Origin: Eledone cirrhosa
Lineage: Eukaryota
NCBI GenBank assembly: GCA_964016885.1
Contig: OZ024741.1
Location: forward strand, 32,860,001 to 32,924,000
Length of the DNA stretch: 64,000 nt
Direction of reading: 5' to 3'
In this document: positions 44,451 through 60,000 of the stretch, in pieces
Layout of the letters: every line of letters starts with the position of its first letter
How positions within the stretch are numbered: position 1 is the first letter of the stretch
The notes under the pieces: model-generated
Databases searched by the model: none
Told to the model about the DNA's origin: nothing
What the model saw: the letters and a program-made list of their open reading frames with translations, nothing else
Made by a program: the position numbers and the translations under genes

Positions 44451-47400
44451 GTATATATGTGTCTTACAGTATATATGTGTCTTACAGTATATATGTGTCT
44501 TACAGTATATATGTGTCTTACAGTATATACGTTTCTTACAGTATATATATGTCTTACAGTATATATGTGTCTTACAGTATATACGTGTCTTACAGTATAT
44601 ATGTGTGTTACAGTATATATATGTGTCTTACAGTATATATGTGTCTTACAGTATATATATGTGTTTTACAGTATATATGTGTCTTACAGTATATATGTGT
44701 CTTACAGTATATATATGTGTCTTACAGTATATATGTGTCTTAGAGTATATATCGGTCTTACAGTATCTATGTGTCTTACAGTATATATGTGTCTTACAGT
44801 ATATATATGTGTCTTACAGTATCTATGTGTCTTACAGTATATATATGTGTCTTACAGTATATATGTGTCTTACAGTATATATGTGTCTTACAGTATATCT
44901 ATGTGTCTTACAGTATATATGTGTCTTACAGTATATATATGTGTCTTACAGTATATATGTGTCTTACAGTATATATGTGTCTTACAGTATATCTATGTGT
45001 CTTACAGTATATATGTGTCTTACAGTATATATGTGTCTTACAGTATATATGTGTCTTACAGTAAATATATGTGTCTTACAGTATATATGTTTTTACTATA
45101 TATATGTGTCTTACAGTATATATGTGTCTTACAGTATATATATGTGTCTTACAGTATATATGTGTCTTACAGTATCTATGTGTCTTACAGTATATATGTG
45201 TCTTACAATATGTATGTGTCTTACAGTATATATGTGTCTTACAGTATATATGTGTCTTACAGTATCTATGTGTCTTACAGTATATATATGTGTCTTAAAG
45301 TATCTATGTGTCTTCCAGTATATATGTGTCTTACAGTATATATGTGTCTTACAGTATCTATGTGTCTTACAGTATATATGTGTCTTACAGTATATATGTG
45401 TCTTACAGTATATATGTGTCTTACAGTATATATGTGTCTTACAGTATATATATGTGTCTAACAGTATATATGTGTCTTACAGTATATATGTGTCTTACAG
45501 TATATATATGTGTCTTACAGTATATATGTGTCTTACAGTATATATGTGTCTTACAGTATATATGTGTCTTACAGTATCTATGTGTCTTACAGTATAGATG
45601 TATCTTACAGTATACATGTATCTTACAGTATATATGTGTCTTACAGTATATATATGTGTCTTACAGTATATATGTGTCTTACAGTATCTATGTGTCTTAC
45701 AGTATAGATGTGTCTTACAGTATATATGTGTCTTACAGTATATATATGTGTCTTCCAGTATATATATGTCTTACAGTATATATGTGTCTTACAGTATATA
45801 TGTGTCTTACAGTATAAATGTGTCTTACAGTATATATGTGTCTTACAGTATATATGTGTCTTACAGTATATATGTGTCTTACAGTATATATGTGTCTTAC
45901 GGTATATATGTGTCTTACAGTATATATGTGTCTTACAGTATATATGTGTCTTACAGTATATATGTGTCTTACAGTATCTATGTGTCTTACAGTATATATG
46001 TGTCTTACATTATATATGTGTCTTACAGTATATATGTCTCTTACAGTATATATACGTGTCTTACAGTATATATGTGTCTTACAGTATATATGTGTCTTAC
46101 AGTATCTATGTGTCTTACAGTATATATGTGTCTTACAGTATATATGTGTCTTACAGTATATATGTGTCTTACAGTATATGTGTGTCTTACAGTATATATG
46201 TGTCTTACAGTATATATGTGTCTTACAGTATATATGTGTCTTACAGTATATATGTGTCTTACAGTATATATATGTGTCTTACAGTATATATGTGTCTTAC
46301 AGTATATATGTGTCTTACAGTATATATGTGTCTTACAGTATATATATGTGTCTTACAGTATCTATGTGTCTTACAGTATATATGTGTCTTACAGTATATA
46401 TGTGTCTTACAGTATACATGTGTCTTACAGTATCTATGTGTCTTACAGTATCTATGTGTCTTACAGTATATATGTGTCTTACAGTATCTATGTGTCTTAC
46501 AGTATATATATGTCTTACAGTATATATGTGTCTTACAGTATAGATGTGTCTTACAGTATCTATGTGTCTTACAGTATATATGTGTCTTACAGTATATATG
46601 TGTCTTACAGTATATATATGTGTCTTACAGTATATATGTGTCTTACAGTATATACGTGTATTACAGTATATATGTATCTTACAGTATATATATGTGTCTT
46701 ACAGTATATATGTGTCTTATAGTATATATGTGTCTTACAGTATATATCTGTCTTACAGTATATATGTCTCTTACAGTATATATGTGTCTTACAGTATATA
46801 TCTGTCTTACAGTATATATGTGTCTTACAGTATATATGTGTCTTACAGTATATATGTGTCTTACAATATATATGTGTCTTACAGTATATATGTGTCTTAC
46901 AGTATATATGTGTCTTACAGTATATATGTGTCTTACAGTATATATGTGTCTTACAGTATATATGTGTCTTACAGTATATATATGTGTCTTACAGTATCTA
47001 TGTGTCTTACAGTATCTATGTGTCTTACAGTATATATATGTGTCTTACAGTATCTATGTGTCTTACAGTATATATGTGTCTTACAGTATATATGTGTTTT
47101 ACAGTATATATATATGTGTCTTACAGTATATATGTGTCTTACAGTATATATATGTGTCTTACAGTATAGATATGTCTTACAGTATATATGTGTCTTACAG
47201 TATATATATGTGTCTTACAGTATATATGTGTCTTACAGTATATATGTGTCTTACGGTATATATGTGTCTTACAGTATATCTATGTGTCTTACAGTATCTA
47301 TGTGTCTTACAATATGTATGTGTCTTACAGTATATATATGTCTTACAGTATATATGTGTCTTACGGTATATATGTGTCTTACAGTATATCTATGTGTCTT

Positions 47401-50330
47401 ACAGTATATATGTGTCTTACAGTATATATGTGTCTTACAGTATATATGTGTCTTCCAGTATATATATGTCTTACAGTATATATGTGTCTTACAGTATATA
47501 TGTGTCTTACAGTATATATATGTCTTACAGTATATATGTGTCTTACAGTATATATATATGTGTCTTACAGTATATATGTGTCTTACAGTATATATGTGTC
47601 TTACAGTATATATGTGTCTTACAGTATATATGTGTCTTACAGTATATACGTGTCTTACAGTATATATATGTCTTACAGTATATATGTGTCTTACCGTATA
47701 TACGTGTCTTACAGTATATATGTGTGTTACAGTATATATATGTGTCTTACAGTATATATGTGTCTTACAGTATATATATGTGTTTTACAGTATATATGTG
47801 TCTTACAGTATATATGTGTCTTACAGTATATATATGTGTCTTACAGTATATATGTGTCTTAGAGTATATATCGGTCTTACAGTATCTATGTGTCTTACAG
47901 TATATATGTGTCTTACAGTATATATATGTGTCTTACAGTATCTATGTGTCTTACAGTATATATATGTGTCTTACAGTATATATGTGTCTTACAGTATATA
48001 TGTGTCTTACAGTATATCTATGTGTCTTACAGTATATATGTGTCTTACAGTATATATATGTGTCTTACAGTATATATGTGTCTTACAGTATATATGTGTC
48101 TTACAGTATATCTATGTGTCTTACAGTATATATGTGTCTTACAGTATATATGTGTCTTACAGTATATATGTGTCTTACAGTAAATATATGTGTCTTACAG
48201 TATATATGTTTTTACTATATATATGTGTCTTACAGTATATATGTGTCTTACAGTATATATATGTGTCTTACAGTATATATGTGTCTTACAGTATCTATGT
48301 GTCTTACAGTATATATGTGTCTTACAATATGTATGTGTCTTACAGTATATATGTGTCTTACAGTATATATGTGTCTTACAGTATCTATGTGTCTTACAGT
48401 ATATATATGTGTCTTAAAGTATCTATGTGTCTTCCAGTATATATGTGTCTTACAGTATATATGTGTCTTACAGTATCTATGTGTCTTACAGTATATATGT
48501 GTCTTACAGTATATATGTGTCTTACAGTATATATGTGTCTTACAGTATATATGTGTCTTACAGTATATATATGTGTCTAACAGTATATATGTGTCTTACA
48601 GTATATATGTGTCTTACAGTATATATATGTGTCTTACAGTATATATGTGTCTTACAGTATATATGTGTCTTACAGTATATATGTGTCTTACAGTATCTAT
48701 GTGTCTTACAGTATAGATGTATCTTACAGTATACATGTATCTTACAGTATATATGTGTCTTACAGTATATATATGTGTCTTACAGTATATATGTGTCTTA
48801 CAGTATCTATGTGTCTTACAGTATAGATGTGTCTTACAGTATATATGTGTCTTACAGTATATATATGTGTCTTCCAGTATATATATGTCTTACAGTATAT
48901 ATGTGTCTTACAGTATATATGTGTCTTACAGTATAAATGTGTCTTACAGTATATATGTGTCTTACAGTATATATGTGTCTTACAGTATATATGTGTCTTA
49001 CAGTATATATGTGTCTTACGGTATATATGTGTCTTACAGTATATATGTGTCTTACAGTATATATGTGTCTTACAGTATATATGTGTCTTACAGTATCTAT
49101 GTGTCTTACAGTATATATGTGTCTTACATTATATATGTGTCTTACAGTATATATGTCTCTTACAGTATATATACGTGTCTTACAGTATATATGTGTCTTA
49201 CAGTATATATGGGTCTTACAGTATCTATGTGTCTTACAGTATATATGTGTCTTACAGTATATATGTGTCTTACAGTATATATGTGTCTTACAGTATATGT
49301 GTGTCTTACAGTATATATGTGTCTTACAGTATATATGTGTCTTACAGTATATATGTGTCTTACAGTATATATGTGTCTTACAGTATATATATGTGTCTTA
49401 CAGTATATATGTGTCTTACAGTATATATGTGTCTTACAGTTTATATGTGTCTTACAGTATATATATGTGTCTTACAGTATCTATGTGTCTTACAGTATAT
49501 ATGTGTCTTACAGTATATATGTGTCTTACAGTATACATGTGTCTTACAGTATCTATGTGTCTTACAGTATCTATGTGTCTTACAGTATATATGTGTCTTA
49601 CAGTATCTATGTGTCTTACAGTATATATATGTCTTACAGTATATATGTGTCTTACAGTATAGATGTGTCTTACAGTATCTATGTGTCTTACAGTATATAT
49701 GTGTCTTACAGTATATATGTGTCTTACAGTATATATATGTGTCTTACAGTATATATGTGTCTTACAGTATATACGTGTATTACAGTATATATGTATCTTA
49801 CAGTATATATATGTGTCTTACAGTATATATGTGTCTTATAGTATATATGTGTCTTACAGTATATATCTGTCTTACAGTATATATGTCTCTTACAGTATAT
49901 ATGTGTCTTACAGTATATATCTGTCTTACAGTATATATGTGTCTTACAGTATATATGTGTCTTACAGTATATATGTGTCTTACAATATATATGTGTCTTA
50001 CAGTATATATGTGTCTTACAGTATATATGTGTCTTACAGTATATATGTGTCTTACAGTATATATGTGTCTTACAGTATATATGTGTCTTACAGTATATAT
50101 ATGTGTCTTACAGTATCTATGTGTCTTACAGTATCTATGTGTCTTACAGTATATATATGTGTCTTACAGTATCTATGTGTCTTACAGTATATATGTGTCT
50201 TACAGTATATATGTGTCTTACAGTATATATATATGTGTCTTACAGTATATATGTGTCTTACAGTATATATATGTGTCTTACAGTATAGATATGTCTTACA
50301 GTATATATGTGTCTTACAGTATATATATGT
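44430..50330. repeat. Near-tandem duplication with 3119-bp period
   Basis: ATCGGTC at 44751/47870, GTTTTTACTAT at 45089/48208, and TAGATATGTC at ~47167/50286. Ten ORF breakpoints pair at +3119 (e.g. 44771/47890, 45598/48717, 46544/49663, 46984/50103). Confidence 0.92.
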
Positions 50331-50849
50331 GTCTTACAGTATCTATGTGTCTTACAGTATATATGTGTCTTACAGTATATATATGTGTCTTACAGTATAT
50401 ATGTGTCTTACAGTATATATGTGTCTTACAGTATATATATGTGTCTTACAGTATCTATGTGTCTTACAATATGTATGTGTCTTACAGTATATATGTGTCT
50501 TACAGTATATATGTGTCTTACGGTATATATGTGTCTTACAGTATATCTATGTGTCTTACAGTATATATGTGCCTTACAGTATATATGTGTCTTACAGTAT
50601 ATATATGTGTCTTACAGTATATATGTGTCTTACAGTATATATGTCTTACAGTATCTATGTGTCTTAGAGTATATATGTGTCTTACAGTATATATGTGTCT
50701 TACAGTATATATATGTGTCTTACAGTATATATGTGTCTTACAGTATATATATGTGTCTTACAGTATATATGTGTCTTACAGTATATATGTGTCTTACAAT
50801 ATATATGTGTCTTACAGTATATATGTGTCTTACAGTATATATGTGTCTT

Positions 50850-53800
50850 ACAGTATATATATATATGTGTCTTACAGTATATATGTGTCTTACAGTATAT
50901 ATATGTGTCTTACAGTATATATGTGTCTTACAGTATATATGTGTCTTACAATATATATGTGTCTTACAGTATATATGTGTCTTACAGTATATATGTGTCT
51001 TACAATATATATGTGTCTTACAGTATATATGTGTCTTACAGTATATATGTGTCTTACAGTATATATGTGTCTTACAATATATATGTGTCTTACAGTATAT
51101 ATGTGTCTTACAGTATATATGTGTCTTACAGTATATATGTGTCTTACAGCATATATGTGTCTTACAGTATATATATGTGTCTTACAGTATATATGTGTCT
51201 TACAGTATATATGTGTGTCTTACAGTATATATGTGTCTTACAGTATATATATGTGTCTTACAGTATATATGTGTCTTACAGTATATATGTGTCTTACAGT
51301 ATATATGTGTCTTACAGTATATATGTGTCTTACAGTATATATATGTGTCTTACAGTATATATATGTGTCTTACAGTATATATGTGTCTTACAGTATATAT
51401 GTGTCTTACAGTATATATGTGTCTTACAATATATATGTGTCTTACAGTATATATGTGTCTTACAGTATATATGTGTCTTACAGTATATATGTGTCTTACA
51501 GTATATATGTGTCTTACAGTATCTATGTGTCTTACAGTATATATGTGTCTTACAGTATATATATGTGTCTTACAGTATATATATGTGTCTTACAGTATAT
51601 ATGTGTCTTACAGTATATATGTGTCTTACAGTATATATGTGTCTTACAGTATATATATGTCTTACAGTATATATATGTCTTACAGTATATATGTGTCTTA
51701 CAGTATATATATGTCTTACAGTATATATGTGTCTTACAGTATATATGTGTCTTCCAGTATATATATGTCTTACAGTATATATGTGTCTTACAGTATATAT
51801 GTGTCTTACAGTATATATGTGTATTACAGTATCTATGTGTCTTACAGTATATATGTGTCTTCCAGTATATATATGTCTTACAGTATATATGTGTCTTACA
51901 GTATATATGTGTCTTCCAGTATATATATGTCTTACAGTATATATGTGTCTTACAGTATATATGTGTCTTACAGTATATCTATGTCTTACAGTATATATGT
52001 GTCTTACAGTATATATATATATGTGTCTTACAGTATATATGTGTCTTACAGTATATATGTGTCTTACAGTATATATGTGTCTTACAGTATATATGTGTCT
52101 TACAGTATATATGTGTCTTACAGTATATATGTGTCTTACAGTATATATGTGTCTTACAGTATATACGTGTCTTACAGTATATATATGTCTTACAGTATAT
52201 ATGTGTCTTACAGTATATACGTGTCTTACAGTATATATGTGTGTTACAGTATATATATGTGTCTTACAGTATATATGTGTCTTACAGTATATATATGTGT
52301 CTTACAGTATATATGTGTCTTACAGTATATATGTGTCTTACAGTATATATATATATGTGTCTTACAGTATATATGTGTCTTACAGTATATATATGTGTCT
52401 TACAGTATATATGTGTCTTACAGTATATATGTGTCTTACAATATATATGTGTCTTACAGTATATATGTGTCTTACAGTATATATGTGTCTTACAATATAT
52501 ATGTGTCTTACTGTATATATGTGTCTTACAGTATATATGTGTCTTACAGTATATATGTGTCTTACAATATATATGTGTCTTACAGTATATATGTGTCTTA
52601 CAGTATATATGTGTCTTACAGTATATATGTGTCTTACAGTATATATGTGTCTTACAGCATATATGTGTCTTACAGTATATATATGTGTCTTACAGTATAT
52701 ATGTGTCTTACAGTATATATGTGTCTTACAGTATATATGTGTCTTACAGCATATATGTGTCTTACAGTATATATATGTGTCTTACAGTATATATGTGTCT
52801 TACAGTATATATGTGTGTCTTACAGTATATATGTGTCTTACAGTATATATATGTGTCTTACAGTATATATGTGTCTTACAGTATATATGTGTCTTACAGT
52901 ATATATGTGTCTTACAGTATATATGTGTCTTACAGTATATATATGTGTCTTACAGTATATATGTGTCTTACAGTATATATATGTGTCTTACAGTATATAT
53001 GTGTCTTACAGTATATATGTGTCTTACAATATATATGTGTCTTACAGTATATATGTGTCTTACAGTATATATGTGTCTTACAGTATATATGTGTCTTACA
53101 GTATATATGTGTCTTACAGTATCTATGTGTCTTACAGTATATATGTGTCTTACAGTATATATATGTGTCTTACAGTATATATATGTGTCTTACAGTATAT
53201 ATGTGTCTTACAGTATATATGTGTCTTACAGTATATATGTGTCTTACAGTATATATATGTCTTACAGTATATATATGTCTTACAGTATATATGTGTCTTA
53301 CAGTATATATATGTCTTACAGTATATATGTGTCTTACAGTATATATGTGTCTTCCAGTATATATATGTCTTACAGTATATATGTGTCTTACAGTATATAT
53401 GTGTCTTACAGTATATATGTGTCTTACAGTATCTATGTGTCTTACAGTATATATGTGTCTTCCAGTATATATATGTCTTACAGTATATATGTGTCTTACA
53501 GTATATATGTGTCTTCCAGTATATATATGTCTTACAGTATATATGTGTCTTACAGTATATATGTGTCTTACAGTATATCTATGTCTTACAGTATATATGT
53601 GTCTTACAGTATATATATATGTGTCTTACAGTATATATGTGTCTTACAGTATATATGTGTCTTACAGTATATATGTGTCTTACAGTATATATGTGTCTTA
53701 CAGTATATATGTGTCTTACAGTATATACGTGTCTTACAGTATATATATGTCTTACAGTATATATGTGTCTTACAGTATATACGTGTCTTACAGTATATAT

Positions 53801-53930
53801 GTGTGTTACAGTATATATATGTGTCTTACAGTATATATGTGTCTTACAGTATATATATGTGTCTTACAGTATATATGTGTCTTACAGTATATATGTGTCT
53901 TACAGTATATATATGTGTCTTACAGTATAT
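50850..53930. repeat. Tandem duplication of ~1.5-1.6 kb containing an internal 92-bp duplication
   Basis: The CAGCAT variant is seen only at 51150, 52658 and 52750. The CTTCCAG triplet starts at ~51754 and ~53354 (+1600). 24-bp monomers occur at ~50850 and ~52340. Confidence 0.75.
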
Positions 53931-54019
53931 ATGTGTCTTACAGTATATATCTGTCTTACAGTATCTATGTGTCTTACAGTATATATGTGTCTTACAGTAT
54001 ATATATGTCTTACAGTATA

Positions 54020-57000
54020 TATGTGTCTTACAGTATATACGTGTCTTACAGTATATATGTGTCTTACAGTATATATATGTGTCTTACAGTATATATGTGT
54101 CTTATAGTATATATGTGTCTTACAGTATATATCTGTCTTACAGTATATATGTGTCTTACAGTATATATGTGTCTTACAGTATATATCTGTCTTACAGTAT
54201 ATATGTGTCTTACAGTATATATGTGTCTTACAGTATATATGTGTCTTACAATATATGTGTCTTACAGTATATATGTGCCTTACAGTATATATGTGTCTTA
54301 CAGTATATATGTGTCTTACAGTATATATGTGTCTTACAGTATATATGTGTCTTACAGTATATATATGTGTCTTACAGTATCTATGTGTCTTACAGTATCT
54401 ATGTGTCTTACAGTATATATATGTGTCTTACAGTATCTATGTGTCTTACAGTATATATGTGTCTTACAGTATATATGTGTCTTACAGTATATATATGTGT
54501 CTTACTATATATATGTGTCTTACAGTATATATATGTGTCTTACAGTATAGATGTGTCTTACAGTATATATGTGTCTTACAGTATATATATGTGTCTTACA
54601 GTATCTATGTCTCTTACAGTATATATGTGTCTTACAGTATATATATGTGTCTTACAGTATATATGTGTCTTACAGTATATATGTGTCTTACAGTATATAT
54701 ATGTGTCTTACAGTATCTATGTGTCTTACAGTATGTATGTGTCTTACAGTATATATGTGTCTTACAGTATATATGTGTCTTACGGTATATATGTGTCTTA
54801 CAGTATATCTATGTGTCTTACAGTATATATGTGTCTTACAGTATATATATGTGTCTTACAGTATATATGTGTCTTACAGTATATATGTGTCTTACAGTAT
54901 ATATATGTGTCTTACAGTATATATGTGTCTTACAGTATATATGTGTCTTACAGTATATCTATGTGTCTTACAGTATATATGTGTCTTACAGTATATATAT
55001 GTGTCTTACAGTATATATGTGTCTTACAGTATATATGTGTCTTACAGTATATCTATGTGTCTTACAGTATATATGTGTCTTACAGTATATATATGTGTCT
55101 TACAGTATATATGTGTCTTACAGTATATATGTGTCTTACAGTATATATGTGTTTTACAGTATATATGTGTCTTACAGTATCTATGTGTCTTACAGTATAT
55201 ATGTGTCTTACAATATATATGTGTCTTACAGTATATATGTGTCTTACAGTATATATGTGTCTTACAGTATATATGTGTCTTACAGTATATATGTCTCTTA
55301 CAGTATATATATGTGTCTTACAGTATATATGTGTCTTACAGTATATATGTGTGTCTTACAGTATATATGTGTCTTGCAGTATATATATGTGTCTTACAGT
55401 ATATATGTGTCTTACAGTATATATGTGTCTTACAGTATATATGTGTCTTACAGTATATATGTGTCTTACAGTATATATATGTGTCTTACAGTATATATGT
55501 GTCTTACAGTATATATATGTGTCTTACAGTATATATGTGTCTTACAGTATATATGTGTCTTACAATATATATGTGTCTTACAGTATATATGTGTCTTACA
55601 GTATATATGTGTCTTACAGTATATATGTGTCTTACAGTATCTAAGTGTCTTACAGTATATATGTGTCTTACAGTATATATATGTGTCTTACAGTATATTT
55701 GTGTCTTACAGTATATATGTGTCTTACAGTATATATGTGTCTTACAGTATATATATGTCTTACAGTATATATATGTCTTACAGTATATATGTGTCTTACA
55801 GTATATATATGTCTTACAGTATATATGTGTCTTACAGTATATATGTGTCTTCCAGTATATATATGTCTTACAGTATATATGTGTCTTACAGTTTATATGT
55901 GTCTTTCAGTATATATGTGTCTTACAGTATCTATGTGTCTTACAGTATATATGTGTCTTACAGTATATATATGTGTCTTACAGTATATATGTGTCTTACA
56001 GTATATATGTGTCTTACAGTATATATGTGTCTTACAGTATATATATGTCTTACAGTATATATATGTCTTACAGTATATATGTGTCTTACAGTATATATAT
56101 GTCTTACAGTATATATGTGTCTTACAGTATATAGGTGTCTTCCAGTATATATATGTCTTACAGTATATATGTGTCTTACAGTATATATGTGTCTTACAGT
56201 ATATATGTGTCTTACAGTATCTATGTGTCTTACAGTATATATGTGTCTTCCAGTATATATATGTCTTACAGTATATATGTGTCTTACAGTATATATGTGT
56301 CTTCCAGTATATATATGTCTTACAGTATATATGTGTCTTACAGTATATATGTGTCTTACAGTATATCTATGTCTTACAGTATATATGTGTCTTACAGTAT
56401 ATATATATGTGTCTTACAGTATATGTGTCTTACAGTATATATGTGTGTTACAGTATATATGTGTCTTACAGTATATATGTGTCTTACAGTATATACGTGT
56501 CTTACAGTATATATATGTCTTACAGTATATATGTGTCTTACAGTATATACGTGTCTTACAGTATATATGTGTGTGTTACAGTATATATATGTGTCTTACA
56601 GTATATATGTGTCTTACAGTATATATATGTGTCTTACAGTATATATGTGTCTTACAGTATATATGTGTCTTACAGTATATATATTTGTCTTACAGTATAT
56701 ATGTGTCTTACAGTATATATCTGTCTTACAGTATCTATGTGTCTTACAGTATATATGTGTCTTACAGTATATATATGTCTTACAGTATATATATGTCTTA
56801 CTGTATATACGTGTCTTACAGTATATATGTGTCTTACAGTATATATATGTGTCTTACAGTATATATGTGTCTTATAGTATATATGTGTCTTACAGTATAT
56901 ATCTGTCTTACAGTATATATGTGTCTTACAGTATATATGTGTCTTACAGTATATATCTGTCTTACAGTATATATGTGTCTTACAGTATATATGTGTCTTA

Positions 57001-60000
57001 CAGTATATATGTGTCTTACAATATATATGTGTCTTACAGTATATATGTGTCTTACAGTATATATGTGTCTTACAGTATATATGTGTCTTACAGTATATAT
57101 GTGTTTTACAGTATATATGTGTCTTAGAGTATATATATGTGTCTTACAGTATCTATGTGTCTTACAGTATCTATGTGTCTTACAGTATATATATGTGTCT
57201 TACAGTATCTATGTGTCTTACAGTATATATGTGTCTTACAGTATATATGTGTCTTACAGTATATATATGTGTCTTACAGTATATATGTGTCTTACAGTAT
57301 ATATATGTGTCTTACAGTATAGATGTGTCTTACAGTATATATGTGTCTTACAGTATATATATGTGTCTTACAGTATCTAAGTGTCTTACAGTATATATGT
57401 GTCTTACAGTATATATATATGTGTCTTACAGTATATATGTGTCTTACAGTATATATATGTGTCTTACAGTATCTATGTGTCTTACAGTATGTATGTGTCT
57501 TACAGTATATATGTGTCTTACAGTATATATGTGTCTTACAGTATATATGTGTCTTACAGTATATATGTGTCTTACAGTATCTAAGTGTCTTACAGTATAT
57601 ATGTGTCTTACAGTATATATATGTGTCTTACAGTATATTTGTGTCTTACAGTATATACGTGTCTTACAGTATATATGTGTCTTACAGTATATATGTGTCT
57701 TACAGTATATATGTGTCTTACAGTATATATGTGTCTTACAGTATATATGTGTCTTACAATATATATGTGTCTTACAGTATATATGTGTCTTACAGTATAT
57801 ATATGTGTCTTACAGTATATATGTGTCTTACAGTATATACGTGTCTTACAGTATATATGTGTCTTACAGTATATATATGTGTCTTACAGTATATATGTGT
57901 CTTATAGTATATATGTGTCTTACAGTATATATCTGTCTTACAGTATATATGTGTCTTACAGTATATATGTGTCTTACAGTATATATCTGTCTTACAGTAT
58001 ATATGTGTCTTACAGTATATATGTCTCTTACAGTATATATGTGTCTTACAATATATATGTGTCTTACAGTATATATGTGCCTTACAGTATATATGTGTCT
58101 TACAGTATATATGTGTCTTACAGTATATATGTGTCTTACAGTATATATGTGTCTTACAGTATATATATGTGTCTTACAGTATCTATGTGTCTTACAGTAT
58201 ATATGTGTCTTACAGTATATATATGTGTCTTACAGTATCTATGTGTCTTACAGTATCTATGTGTCTTACAGTATATATGTGTCTTACAGTATATATGTGT
58301 CTTACAGTATATATATGTGTCTTACAGTATATATGTGTCTTACAGTATATATATGTGTCTTACAGTATAGATGTGTCTTACAGTATATATGTGTCTTACA
58401 GTATATATATGTGTCTTACAGTATCTATGTCTCTTACAGTATATATGTGTCTTACAGTATATATATGTGTGTCTTACAGTATATATGTGTCTTACAGTAT
58501 ATATGTGTCTTACAGTATATATATGTGTCTTACAGTATCTATGTGTCTTACAGTATGTATGTGTCTTACAGTATATATGTGTCTTACAGTATATATGTGT
58601 CTTACGGTATATATGTGTCTTACAGTATATCTATGTGTCTTACAGTATATATGTGTCTTACAGTATATATATGTGTCTTACAGTATATATGTGTCTTACA
58701 GTATATATGTGTCTTACAGTATATATATGTGTCTTACAGTATATATGTGTCTTACAGTATATATGTGTCTTACAGTATATCTATGTGTCTTACAGTATAT
58801 ATGTGTCTTACAGTATATATATGTGTCTTACAGTATATATGTGCCTTACAGTATATATGTGTCTTACAGTATATCTATGTGTCTTACAGTATATATGTGT
58901 CTTACAGTATATATATGTGTCTTACAGTATATATGTGTCTTACAGTATATATGTGTCTTACAGTATATATGTGTCTTACAGTATATATGTGTCTTACAGT
59001 ATCTATGTGTCTTACAGTATATATGTGTCTTACAATATATATGTGTCTTACAGTATATATGTGTCTTACAGTATATATGTGTCTTACAGTATATATGTGT
59101 CTTACAGTATATATGTCTCTTACAGTATATATATGTGTCTTACAATATATATGTGTCTTACAGTATATATGTGTGTCTTACAGTATATATGTGTCTTGCA
59201 GTATATATATGTGTCTTACAGTATATATGTGTCTTACAGTATATATGTGTCTTACAGTATATATGTGTCTTACAGTATATATGTGTCTTACAGTATATAT
59301 ATGTGTCTTACAGTATTTATGTGTCTTACAGTATATATATGTGTCTTACAGTATATATGTGTCTTACAGTATATATGTGTCTTACAATATATATGTGTCT
59401 TACAGTATATATGTGTCTTACAGTATATATGTGTCTTACAGTATATATGTGTCTTACAGTATATATGTGTCTTACAGTATCTAAGTGTCTTACAGTATAT
59501 ATGTGTCTTACAGTATATATATGTGTCTTACAGTATATTTGTGTCTTACAGTATATATGTGTCTTACAGTATATATGTGTCTTACAGTATATATATGTCT
59601 TACAGTATATATATGTCTTACAGTATATATGTGTCTTACAGTATATATATGTCTTACAGTATATATGTGTCTTACAGTATATATGTGTCTTCCAGTATAT
59701 ATATGTCTTACAGTATATATGTGTCTTACAGTTTATATGTGTCTCTCAGTATATATGTGTCTTACAGTATCTATGTGTCTTACAGTATATATGTGTCTTA
59801 CAGTATATATATGTGTCTTACAGTATATATGTGTCTTACAGTATATATGTGTCTTACAGTATATATGTGTCTTACAGTATATATATGTCTTACAGTATAT
59901 ATATGTCTTACAGTATATATGTGTCTTACAGTATTTATATGTCTTACAGTATATATGTGTCTTACAGTATATGTGTGTCTTCCAGTATATATATGTCTTA

